Source: Enoplolaimus lenunculus
Lineage: Eukaryota
NCBI GenBank assembly: GCA_030248215.1
Contig: JASANG010000266.1
Span: 186,001-250,000, forward strand
DNA: 64,000 bases
Direction: 5' to 3'
Shown one piece after another: positions 13,601 to 25,500 of this stretch (positions are counted from its first letter, which is position 1; every line of letters begins with the position of its first letter). The notes beneath the pieces are model-generated. The model made no database searches and had not been told where the DNA came from. It was given only the letters and a program-made list of their open reading frames with translations. Made by a program: the position numbers and the translations under genes.

Positions 13601-15022
13601 ATTTTTGGTGGCAAAAGTGAGCTGATTAAATTAATTATGTTGGTTAAGACGTGAATGCAAAAAGATGTTTTATAATTTTGGTTATCATAGTGTAACGAAT
13701 TATTTTTTGAGTTGTTTTGTCGATCCGTACATTATTTGTTCAAACGCTAACTAAGTAATATTTTAGAAATTTTGGTTGAAAGCTTCAAATGTGAAAAGCT
13801 AAGTGTTGTTAAATGAAGTGAAAGTAGAAAAACGAATTTTTCAAAAATGACAAAAAGTGGATTTAATTTAAATTTAACAGAAGCTCGTTTAGTCAACTTT
13901 TCATAAGCGATTATTTCTGCACCATGTAAAATAACTTTTGAAATAATAATTGTATTCGAGTTATCGCACTGTGTCTGGGTAAATCGATTACGTTATTTAT
14001 ATTTCGTCTTTGACATTTTTGATTGAATACCGTTGGTTGTCTCTTGTTTTCTTTATTCTATTGAATACAGTTGGTTGTCTCTTGTTTTCTTTATTCTAGT
14101 CTTTGTTTATAATATGTTTATTAATGTCTGTGCAGGTTGGATTGTATATGCATTGCATGGACAGATATTTTTGATTATTCGTCTCCGCGTACACTTATAC
14201 CCAGTTACATCCCTGTTATTCTTTTGCTCTTTACTCTTTAACCAATGTTAATTTATACCGGCTAACGATTACTGCTGAAAAATGTGTTTAGTTTTTTAAG
14301 AGATTCGGTTTATTTTACAAACCTTTAACGGAAAGTATATCCTCAACTCAACAAATCTTAGACTTCATATAATTCATAGCTTTGTAAAACTTTATGGAAG
14401 CGATCAACCGCAGAACGTGAGCTATATTTAAATTTCTGGGAAACGTGGGAATTGTAGGTATGTAGGTATAGAGGAAATCCTTAACATGATGGTAATGGTC
14501 AATCCACACGTAAAAAATGAGCAGAGTTACGCATTTGTACACATTGTGCTAAAGTTTTTTATATTTTTATTGAAGAAACCGGAGCAAATTGGTTGAAAAT
14601 TATTTAATAAACGTGACGATTGGATATTGTAGCTTCGCTGATCCATAGGAGTAAACAGGATCGGTGCTTGTAGTAAGAGTTTGGAAGTACCTTAGCTTAA
14701 AGTTGAAACTACGTATGTAGCCGGAGTTGGATAAAATATGTCGGAGCCAGAGGTGACGCGAAATTAGGCAGTTAAAATGATGCTTAATTTGCTTTTAGCA
14801 AGTAAATTGTAAGGCGTTCCTGAAATGTTTTGGTTTGATACTTAATATGTTTAAGAAGTCTCGACAATTGTTTTCAGAATTGAACAAAAGGTTAAAACAA
14901 GCAAAATTTCACTACCAAAGTTACCAAAACCCCCGCGTAATTTGTAACGAAAACAAAGGCAGACCACCGGTTGTACTCTGATAATGCATGCATACATACA
15001 TACATAACTTTCACTACCCGCA

Positions 15023-15330
15023 ATGTAGTGACCCGCATAAGAGGGGGGCTGATATTTATTTTGTCTCTCCAGAGGGTACCCTATGTTATTCGGTTACGGA
15101 CTGTTCATTATTTTAACCCGCGCTTCGCCACCTTCGTTACTGATATATATTCGGTATGGCAACTATGCGTTGCACTAAAAACGTTTGTCTTGCATCGAAA
15201 CCGTCAACGATAAATGCAAAATAATGCTTAAAAATGTACTTGCAAAACTTAAGTATAGTTTCGAACTCAACTTTATTTGGTCCTGGAGCAATTTATGCTT
15301 TATATAGTTAGGCATAATTGAAATGTATGG
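15023..15330 (-). mobile_element. Truncated inverted copy of the CTGTAG-ended MITE seen at 20693-21130
   Basis: TGTAGTGACCCGCATAAGAGGG followed by sequence reverse-complementary to ~20800-21130. Confidence 0.7.
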
Positions 15331-15569
15331 ACTCTATTTATGCGGGGTTCACGTTATAACTGGGCAGCCCTGAACACGTTTTGTCCATGTTGATTGACGT
15401 TCTGAATATACGTTATGTATAGACACAATGTGAATGTCACATGACAATGGCTTACAAATTGAATGAAAATTCAGATAATGTAGCTTCGAGAGATTTCGAA
15501 TAGCTTCTTTTTTTCTATGGAAATTTTGACCTAAATATCCTAAGTGCACATAATTCACATGTCATTCGC

Positions 15570-15810
15570 GAAATTTGGATTTCAGAAAATTCGGATATTG
15601 CTATGAAATTGGAATTTTGGGCGCAGCCTTTTTCGCTCGGGATTTTGGGAAACTCGGATTTTGGGCACAGCCTTTTTTGCCCGGGATTTTTGGATATTGG
15701 GATATTACCCTGGAAATTTTGATTTTGGCCGCAGACTTTCTCTCGATATTTTGGAAAATTGGAACATTTATCCGGGAAATTGGGATTTTGAGAAAACTTC
15801 GGATATTATA
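15570..15810. repeat. Degenerate short tandem repeat (GGATTTTGGG/CGGATATT units)
   Basis: Recurrent motifs GGATTTT, GCAGCCTTTTT and GGATATT; these explain the spurious overlapping ORFs here. Confidence 0.6.
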
Positions 15811-15812
15811 TA

Positions 15813-16335
15813 CTGTAGTGACCCGAATAACAACGGGTCCCATTTGGAGTCCCCATCAATTGGAGTCCGTATCCCTAATAAGCAGAGTGCCACCGGAGGT
15901 GAAAAATATCGGAGCCGGAGGTCAACGAAACTTGACGGAGCCGGAGGTGAGGCGAAATTAAGCAGTAAAAATGATGGTTAATTAGTTAATTTTAGCCAGT
16001 ATCTGCAAAATGTTGTTGTTTGGTTTCACGCTAATTTTCTGCCAAATTTCGGCAATTCTTTCGTGTAAATTGTGACAAAAGTCAATCGAAACGCACTAAA
16101 CAGATAAATTTAGGAAAATTATGCAAAATTTTACTGCCGAAATTAAAAATTCTACCGGAGCCGGAGGCAGACCTCTGGTTGTACCGTGCTAATAAGAGTC
16201 TGTAAACGGATAGTCCGCAAACCCTAATTAGAGTCCATAAATGTCAATTATCCCTAATTGTAGCGCATAAATGACTCCAGGACCAAAGAAGTTGAGTTCG
16301 AAAGTTTAAAGCGTACTTAACTTTTAAAAGTAACA
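15813..16335 (+). mobile_element. Truncated CTGTAG-ended MITE interrupted by a hAT MITE
   Basis: Collinear with ~20693-20915 once 15883-16196 is removed. Confidence 0.75.
15883..16188. mobile_element. hAT-type MITE nested in another MITE
   Basis: Imperfect TIR CAGAGTGCCACCGG...CTGGTTGTACCGTG with perfect 8-bp TSD CTAATAAG (15875-15882 and 16189-16196). Confidence 0.85.
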
Positions 16336-16570
16336 TATATCAGTAACCGGATCGGTACAGTAGTATTAGTATTAGCGTATATAATTTTTAAAGTAAATAC
16401 ACTTGATAGACCGGCGCTATATTGAAGGTGTTGCGGCGGCACAGTTCATATAGTCAACTTTACGTTTCAATACTCATTGCCAATTCAGACGTGAACGCAA
16501 ATTATGTTGTATTTTTTAGGTTCACATTATTTATATAACGTAGAGCCGCTTTAAACGCAGTAAAATTTGT

Positions 16571-19500
16571 CTACTCTTCTGTGCATTGTGAAGTTTTGAT
16601 TACGGTGTTGCCGTGTTGTATCGTTTTCGTGACACACTTCTTGTCTGAAACAGAGCATAGGCAATTTGCTAAATCCAAGCATGGCAATGTCGGGAGATGG
16701 TTCCAACGTCGGAAAAAAGTGGTTACATACGTTAACCTTTAAACCGCACAAATGGAAAAAAATTTTGTCAAAACACTATCGGCATTCATATCCGGAAACT
16801 AAAAGCTTCTAGTGTAGGTGATTTGGACAATGTATAGAACAGGGACGAAACAGTAGTATAAGCGTATTTCTAAGCCTACGGGTATTAGAATGAGCTTATA
16901 CCTAAGCCTAAGCCACTAACAAGTAGTCTAAAGTAAGCGTACTCTATTACAGTCCTGCCGGAAAACGTTCGGGTCCTGTTCTATACATGGGCCATTAATT
17001 TCATCGGAACTGTGTTTTTAATTTGCCTAACAGAAGCAATAAACTTACTGAATGGTTTACGTGCTCCACCAGTTAAAATATCAACAAGCCCTATTTTATA
17101 TTTGCCATTTCTGATCGCAATATCCATATTTTCACTATCGCCAACAATACGCAACCCTTGATTGTTATTTAGCGCAAAATCAAATGAAGACCGCTGGAAT
17201 CCTTTAGCTGCGCTAATTTGCTGCAATCGTTTCAATTTATTCGCACGAACGGCATTAAAAAACGCAGTATTTGCAAATATAACGTCGAAAAGCGTTTTAA
17301 AATGACTGCGTAAATGAGAAGATTCATGCTGAATATTATTAATATTTGAAGCGGTTGAGTTTGACTGAGAGCTTTCAACGTTTGCTTGATGAGCTGCGAC
17401 ATGTTGGCGATAATGTTCGGCCAAAGGTGTGGGCTGAATTGCTGCAGTGGAAGTATCAACAACGGTATCTTCGCCGGCTGCGAATAAATCGTCATATTCA
17501 AACCAATGATTGCCAATTGTGAACTTGTACCTTGATTTTTCGCCCTTAAAAATTCAACAGATTATTGTGCAACATTGATAACGGAACAAAGACTGTAATG
17601 GTTTAGTCGAGTTCTGAATTCTATTGAGCCGCTTAAAGCAAAATCGTTAGAATACAGGCTACAACCGGAATATTATCTCTGGCTGTAGATCCGGGTGTTT
17701 GACACTACCACCACACCATAAAAAATATAATACTCAAACCGTTTTCTTATAAATCATTTTAAAATCTATTACAACTAGCAAGAGCTTGCTTTTGCGATAT
17801 GAAAAACGTGTCCTAGGTCTGTTTTTCTGTGCAAATTCTGGTTTCAGCAGAACACTGACTAAAATCTAAGTTAAATCCGTTTTTATTTAAACTCTAAAAT
17901 GACCCGCGGCTGAACCCGATATATATACGCTTCCAGCTGTGAATAATTGACTACATAGCTCGGGTATATTTTACAGGAAACAGAGAAGCATACCCATCTG
18001 AAATTTCTGTAGTGATGACAAAAAGATCTTTTAGAGCCTTTTGCACAACGTTACTTATCATGGAAATCAAAATATTTATCTCGATCGCTACGTTGGCTCG
18101 TAATAGAAACATTGATACGAAGTTGTTTTGAATACCGAAATGAAATGCGGGCTACGCTACGGGTTACGTACACCCCTTGACCAGAGTTGGAGGAGGATAA
18201 GTATTTTTTATCCGGTCCGCGTTTTACCCACGCAATTATGAATTTCTTACCCGCAGGTCAGATAGCTATATATCGCAATTTCTCGTTACAGATAGGCTAC
18301 AATTGTTCGAAATGAAATATAAATTACGTAATTCATCCAGAATCTTAAATAATTCGAAGCATTCGCCATTTTTTCATTAAAATTTTTGAAAGACCGGTGG
18401 ATATATGCACGCCTCAATTATATGTTGGCAGAAAAATGAAACATTTTGGAAATTTTATACTTCAATTTCTTGTGCCGAACCAGACCAAAGTTGTTCCAGA
18501 CGGCTGATAGTGTTTGAGGGTTTTAAAATAACTCATATTCAGGATCACCAATTAGTAAGCTTTTTTCAATTTTATTAGTATCTGATGACGAAGACATTAA
18601 GCTAATGACTCTTTAATAATCGCTGAAACTAAATAGCTTCCACAAACTTTAGAATTTGTAGTTTTACAATTTAAACAAACTTCGGTTTTCAACGTTCACT
18701 AGCGTATGTTTTCCACGTTAACACACAAAATGTTGGCGCGGGTAAAAACTGCCAATTTTCTACCCGCGTAATGCAAATCTTTACCCGCGGGTATACCCGC
18801 GCCTGAAATTCTTTACCCGGCCCGCGATCACCCGCAGGTAATGTCCAACTCTGCCCTTGACACAACGAGTCGGTTGTATGATAACTATACAGTAGCGGAA
18901 CTGTGTGCAATATAATCCAAACCCAGCTACGACTAAACCATATGCCAAGCCGTGTGTATATACACAGAACAGAGCACAAATAAAAGCCTAAAGCTTCAAT
19001 ATGGTTTACGTTTCTTATGTCATGCTATGCGTATATATAGGATAATGTTTTTATTTTGTCTGTTTTATTATGTTTATGGTATTGTATTTTTACATTTTTG
19101 GCTGTTTTCAATTGTTTTTGCAACTGTATGGTAAGGAAAGTTGCCGCTATTAATATTTTTTGCAACTTAAAATTGTGGTTGTTTGCTTTTCTGATGTAAA
19201 AAATAGTTTTACAATAATGTTGATTTTGCTGTGATCCGACAAGGGTTAGCGAGTTTTATGGCCAAAAATTGAAAGCATACCAAACTCGGCAGAAATTTTT
19301 TGCTTGTTTAAGCTTACATAAAGTTTCCTGATCACTTGAATTTTGCAAAAATCTCGCTTTCGTGAGGTCCTGTCTCCGTCAAACAGCGAAAAACGTTTTG
19401 TCACAAATTTTGAAATTGAAATATCAGTCGACGAAGTTTGCGAACCTATGGCGAATGGCGATAAGTTTTTCATGAGTGGGCGTACAACTCAACAACAAAT

Positions 19501-22500
19501 CGTTGGCAGCGCAACAAATCAATTCGACCATAACTCGCGAACCAATAATTGCGGAAAATTTTACACCATTCAGCTCAGCTCTGTATGCTGCGTTGACTGA
19601 TATATAAATTACGTAACATTTTGACAAAAAAATTTTCCCCACACAGTACAGAAAGACCTCAAACAAGTCAAAATTTTCGGAAATGTTGGTCCCAAACGGC
19701 GAACATTAAGACTAAAAAGTTATTTTTCTTACATTTAAGCTTGCTGGACACAGAATAATAATGAAGAGACCCAAGAAGCACAAATATACATTTTAGACAA
19801 ATGCGGCCTCGGCAGTGTCCAAATATTTGAGATTGGTTCTCAGGAGTTATATAATATTTGAAATTTTAGGTGCAAAAAACCGTTTTCTCACTGTGTTGGC
19901 GATAATATACCTATCAATTTTTTTCATATATATACTTTCAAACCACTAACAATATTTCTAAAATAGTGTAAAATGGCATTAAAGGTAGATGACTGTATTT
20001 GGAGTCTACGTGGTTTGTATAGCTTTGGAGGCTGCGAATGTTTCGAACACTGCTACCGCCACAAAAGTTGTGGAGACATCGACTGCGCAAATCACGGGGA
20101 AAAACGTAAAGTAGTTGAATCAATGTATACCATGTATGTATGCGATTGCGCGCCGTTTTATGACGGTATATGCTGTGACAAAATGAGTTGTGCAGAAGGT
20201 AGCACTTTGATAAATAACGGGACGCAATGCGAATGCCCTCGCCGGCTCAAAGGCAACCATTGTGAAATTGCTCAATGTTCGAATGGCGCGACCCCAGATG
20301 GTCGTGGCGCTTGCAAATGTCCCCCGCTAAAGTATTCTGGACGATTTTGTGATGATATGGTTTGTAATAATGGAGGCCGGGCTGAAATTGTTAACGGCAA
20401 TCATACATGTGACTGTGCGCCGATGACGTATGGTGTTAATTGTGAACATTTAATGTGTCGAAATTGGGGAACGTATAACGAAACGACACATCAGTGTGAA
20501 TGTATGTATTTTCATCAGGGAACATTTTGTGGCCATCTCAAGGTTGAATCGGTTGTCAGTGTTTCGATGGCAGGCATTGGTATACTGATTGCTATGGTGA
20601 GTTTCTGTATATATCGAGCACAGAGAGGTGGCCATATCATCATGTTACCTTAAGGGTCCCCTTGAAAATATATGTGGCCCTTACAAGTGTTACTGTAGCG
20701 ATCCGAATAAGAGGGGGCAATAAGAGGAGGTCCCATTTTGAGTCCCAATCAATAGGAGTCTGTATCCTTGATAGGGGTCCATAAGCGGAGAGAGTCTCTA
20801 AACCCTACTTAGGGTCCATAAATGTCAATTTTCCCTTATTGTAGCGTATAAATGACTCCGTGATCACATAAAGTTGAGTCCAAAACGTTAAAGCATGCTT
20901 AACTTTTAAAGGTACATTCCTAAGTGTAATCTTGCATTATCGCTCAAGTTTTTGATTCAAGACCAATAAACGTTTAATTTAACGGATAGTTGCAACACCG
21001 GATATATGTCAGTAACGAAGGGTGGCGGAGCGTGGGTCAAAAATAAATAACAGTCCGTAACGAATAACAAGGGGTTCCCTCTGGAGAGGCCAAATAAATA
21101 TCAGTTACCCTCTTATTCGGGTCACTACAGTACGCCCCTGAGAATAGCATTGGTCTTTTCATTTGTATATAACTTGAATTTTACACTGTAGCGAGATCCC
21201 TAGTTGCAAGTCGTGTATACACTCAAGTATAATTCCGATTTCGCTTTTCACCTTATTCGGTGGCAAATAAAGCGTATAATTACTTCTGTTTTTATTGCTA
21301 TTTCAGTTGATTGTCCTCGCGATCTATTTTAGTTGCTGTCGAAAAGGTAGCCGTGGACACGAATCTGTTCCTTCAGATGATCGTAACGCACCGAGAAATC
21401 CTCGTGATGCGTTTAATCCTATGTTACCACTATATCCACGAGATCCGTTTTGTGACACAGATAGGGTAACTCAACCACAACAACGAGTTGCTCAATTTAA
21501 CGTTGAAGAACCTCCGCCTAGTTATGATGCCGCTGTTCAGGACTCAAGCAGGATGCAGTTTGCATGATACACGCAAAATGGTGTTCAAACAGTCGCGTAT
21601 CCGCCGATATGCAAAAAGAATTATGCTGTAAAGTTACATATCTCGCGACCTTAAACGTTATAAGAAAAGCCGCATATGATCCACTTTTCATTTTTTTTGC
21701 ATTTCGGACAATAAAGCAGAGTTGGCAGGTGCGCCACCCGTTTATGTCTCACTACGAAGGAATGAAGAAATTGAAAAAGATTACTGTGTTGAAAATGCAA
21801 AATATAATTTGTCAAAAATTGTCACATTGGCCAAAAATTCATGAAAAATTTTAGCAAATTACTGCTGCCCTAACGTCACCAGTGATACAAAGGTAAGCAT
21901 CAAATACTCATCAAGACGACAGCAACAAGGCAATTTTACCCACGGCAACAAACCACACTGTATTTTACTTACCTGGCAGTCGGAGTGCACCGAAACATGG
22001 TCAGATTTTGATTTTTTTGCGTAATTTCTCATTACCTTGCCTAACCATTCAACACCCTAATTTCAATTTTTACAATTATTACATTGAGTTCTTATAGCCA
22101 ATCCTTAGGAACCTAAAAAAATTTGTCGAAAAGTTTGACAAATAATATACCATTTCATGCAACTTGCGGTGCTAAGTTCAACGGGGTTACAATATTCGCC
22201 ATCCAGATGCTGGCTAACAGGTTTTGATTTAATACCTGAATAGCACTATCATAAAAGGTTGTCTTGTCTGACCGTCAAATTAGTTTTACGACCATAACTA
22301 TAGTCTGGTCGGAGGAAATTTAACATTGTTCAACACACAGCTTTTAAAATTTTGTTTGCTGGTAAGTTCCTATGACATTTAACAAAAAAATTTGTTCGCA
22401 TTCAAGGAACTACTTTAGACCTCAAACAATTAAATTTGTGAAAAATTCAAAATTTAATGCAGAATGATCAGGGGAGGGCATGAAAAGTGAAAACGTGCCA

Positions 22501-25500
22501 AACATTTTCAAGCCATGAATTTTTGGCAATCGCCGGTTGCCGAGCAAATAACGGAAAAGCCAGGACATTCATGGTATATATATTTTGAGCTTTATCTACG
22601 GCGATTACCGAACTCTAAACGCAGTTGCTTATATGCAATAATTGTTTAATGTGACAATTGCTGTAACGGTACGTTCGCTCGAAAGCAACAGACAAAATTC
22701 GGATGAGTTGATTTATCACCTCAGAGAGCGAATTAGTTATTTCTGGTTATTTGTGAGTTAATACACAGGAAACATCAACTCATTGTGAGCTGATTTATCC
22801 GGGTGAGTTGTTTAACCTAGAATGAGTTCAAAGGCTTAAATTCAAAGCTAAGGCTTCTGAGTTGATTCAACTCATTATTAGTTAAAATCATCGCGCTTGA
22901 AGAGTTGTCGTTTGGGCAATTCCCGCTTGGGAATGGTCGCAAGAAATTCGGGGTTGCGCTATACTTGCGCACACGGCAACGGACGGCGACATATGGCGAC
23001 ACATAGCAATGTAGGAAAACGAACGGCGACAGACGGTGTCGGAAGGTATTAAAAAATTAAAAAATATTAGCACCACCGTAATAATTCCATAAATAACTTG
23101 CACAGTTTTTTGTTCAAGAATTAAAATAGGGTTAAAAGGGACCCGAGGTCTTTTCCGTTACTTCAGCTCGTGTTTGCCTAAAAAGGGTTGGATTCGAAAA
23201 TTTTTTGCATATTTCAGTTAGTTATAATCTCCCCTGATAATTCCACTCCCAAATTTGAATTTTTGAATGGTTGGTGTTAAGATTTCCGCAATCAAATGAC
23301 TGGCTAACGAGTTATGGTCAAATAACTGGATGGTCACATAACCGGTTTGGCGCCGCCCCAAATTATTGGCAGTGCGCCCAACCAGTTATTTGACCGTAAC
23401 TCGTTTAGTCAGACGTTTAATGGCAAAAATCTTAACACCACTGCACTCAGCTCAACAAGTTACGTCGAATGGTATATAATTTGTCTGCACTGTAAATTTC
23501 AATGAGTTAATCAACTCAGACGGAAGATAGTTATTTCTGAGTTAATAAAACAGGAAACTTTAACTCAGTCTGAGTTGAATTGATTCTCACTCTGAGTTGA
23601 TTGAATTCCTGGAAAGTTGATTAATTTAATCAGAATGAGTTATAAAAATTCACAATTTTGAGTTCTGATAGTCCTAACTCAGACTGAGTGACTCAACTCA
23701 GTCTGAGCTGAAATCAACTCTCTTAAATTTACAGTGTATCTTTTCGACAAAAAAAATTTTAGGTCCCAAGGGGGGACCTCGGGACGTTAAAAATCGAATT
23801 TTTCAAAAATTCAAATTTGGGCATGGAATGATCAGGGGAGGACATTACAAGCTCAATAACGCAAAAATTTCCAACATACCATTTTTGGGCAAACGCAGGC
23901 TGGGTGGGATAACGGAAACGACTCGGTTCCCGGCTACTTGTGACAATTTGTACTTAGAGGGATGACTGTACCGAAGTAGACTTGATTTCTCACATTCGCT
24001 TGTTTCTATGGGTGTTCCTCCTGCTAATTTATATTCTGCTTATTAGCATTTTAGCAGCTTTTGCAAAACCTATACTCAGTGATGCTTGCCATGCTTGTAT
24101 ATTAATTTGTGTAATATGAACCGTTTGCATATATTGTTTTGCTAATTGCTTAATTGAAAAAGTTATATATAATTTATACGTTTTTCCGTGAAAATCTCTA
24201 CAGAAACCAGTCTGATGAATGCAGCTCGAAATGAAAGTTAGATTGTTACCGGAAACCAATAGTTTGGCTTGCGCTATATATACTTTTGTTGACGTCTGGA
24301 GCCGTCCGTCACCTGTACGGCGCCGTCCGTCATCGTGGGTCACCGTCCGGCGCCGTCCGTCACCGTCCGGCGCCGTCCGTCACCGTTCGGCGCCGTCCGT
24401 CACCGTTCGGCGCCGTCCGTCACCGTTCGGCGCCGTCCGTCACCGTTCGGCGCCGTCCGTCACCGTTCGGCGCCGTCCGTCACCGTTCGGCGCCGTCCGT
24501 CACCGTTCGGCGCCGTTCGTCATCGTGCGTCACCGTCCGGCCCTGTCCGCCAGCGTGCGTCACCGTCCGTCACCTGTACACCGCCATTCGTCACCGTGCG
24601 TCACCCATACGGCGCCGTCGGTCACCCGTACGGCGCTGTCCGTCAACGTTCGGTATCGTACGGAAATAACTCACGTGCTATAACGAATGGTACAAACGGA
24701 GACGGACGGCGCCGTAAGGGTGACGCACGGTGATGAAACGGCGCCGTACACGGATGAAGGACGGCCGCCGGACAACAAGTATAGCGCAACCGTAATTTAA
24801 AGTCCAAAATATTTTGTTGTATCGTATAACTTTATATCATACTGCTTTATAGTACATGTGCATTGTTCAAACTAAATTTTAGTCGATTGTCTTGCCACCA
24901 CAACAGGCCGGTGATTTTGCGTATATGGTGTTTTGAAAACTGTGGATTTGAGCTTCATAGGAACTTAAAGTTTAAGCCTTCACTGAAACTTTCGTACTAA
25001 AGACAGGGCTAATGATAAATTCATTCCTACTTAGTTCCCTTGCATCCTTCCTTAAACGCTATTCTCTTACGTTTTCGAATTGCTGTTTTGCTAGATCGAA
25101 TCCGTGAAAAAATTCGTCATAGTTGTAGTAAAACTCATCTGACGGTTTGTAATACATGTTTTGATGATCATATTGGTTTAAGTCGAATTTTGCTTCGCTT
25201 TCTTCATCATGTCTCAAATCGTATGTTTCCCAGTTGTCGTACTCTGCCCGTTTTTCGTCACCTGCCAGTACTTCGTACGCTGCAAATGGGGTTGTAATTA
25301 CAACACCAAGGTACTTACATAGAACTGAATCGTGTCAAAAGTAAAACGTTACTTTAAACGTTCATTCGCGATGCGATTTCGCAAAAATCGTAACTTTGCG
25401 CCCTGGCTTTGGCCATTTGTTTCTAAACAATGAGCAAACTAACTATGATAGTTGTATCACGGGGCACATGCTTCGTTTATGATGACCTTTTATTCAGCCT

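Noticed and set aside
15575..15981. Overlapping ORFs of 80-128 aa
   Set aside because: They span a degenerate tandem repeat and two MITEs.
16981..17424. Stand-alone ankyrin-like ORF (FFNAVRAN...MDIAIRNG)
   Set aside because: The resemblance is weak; splice sites and phases fit better as exon 3 of the DNAJB9-like gene.
17232..17516. Overlapping 94-aa hydrophobic ORF (dual coding)
   Set aside because: It begins at TTG, has no recognisable motif and is most simply a shadow frame of the real exon.
24219..24733. Three overlapping Arg/Pro/Ser-rich ORFs
   Set aside because: They are translations of the stop-free 20-bp minisatellite.
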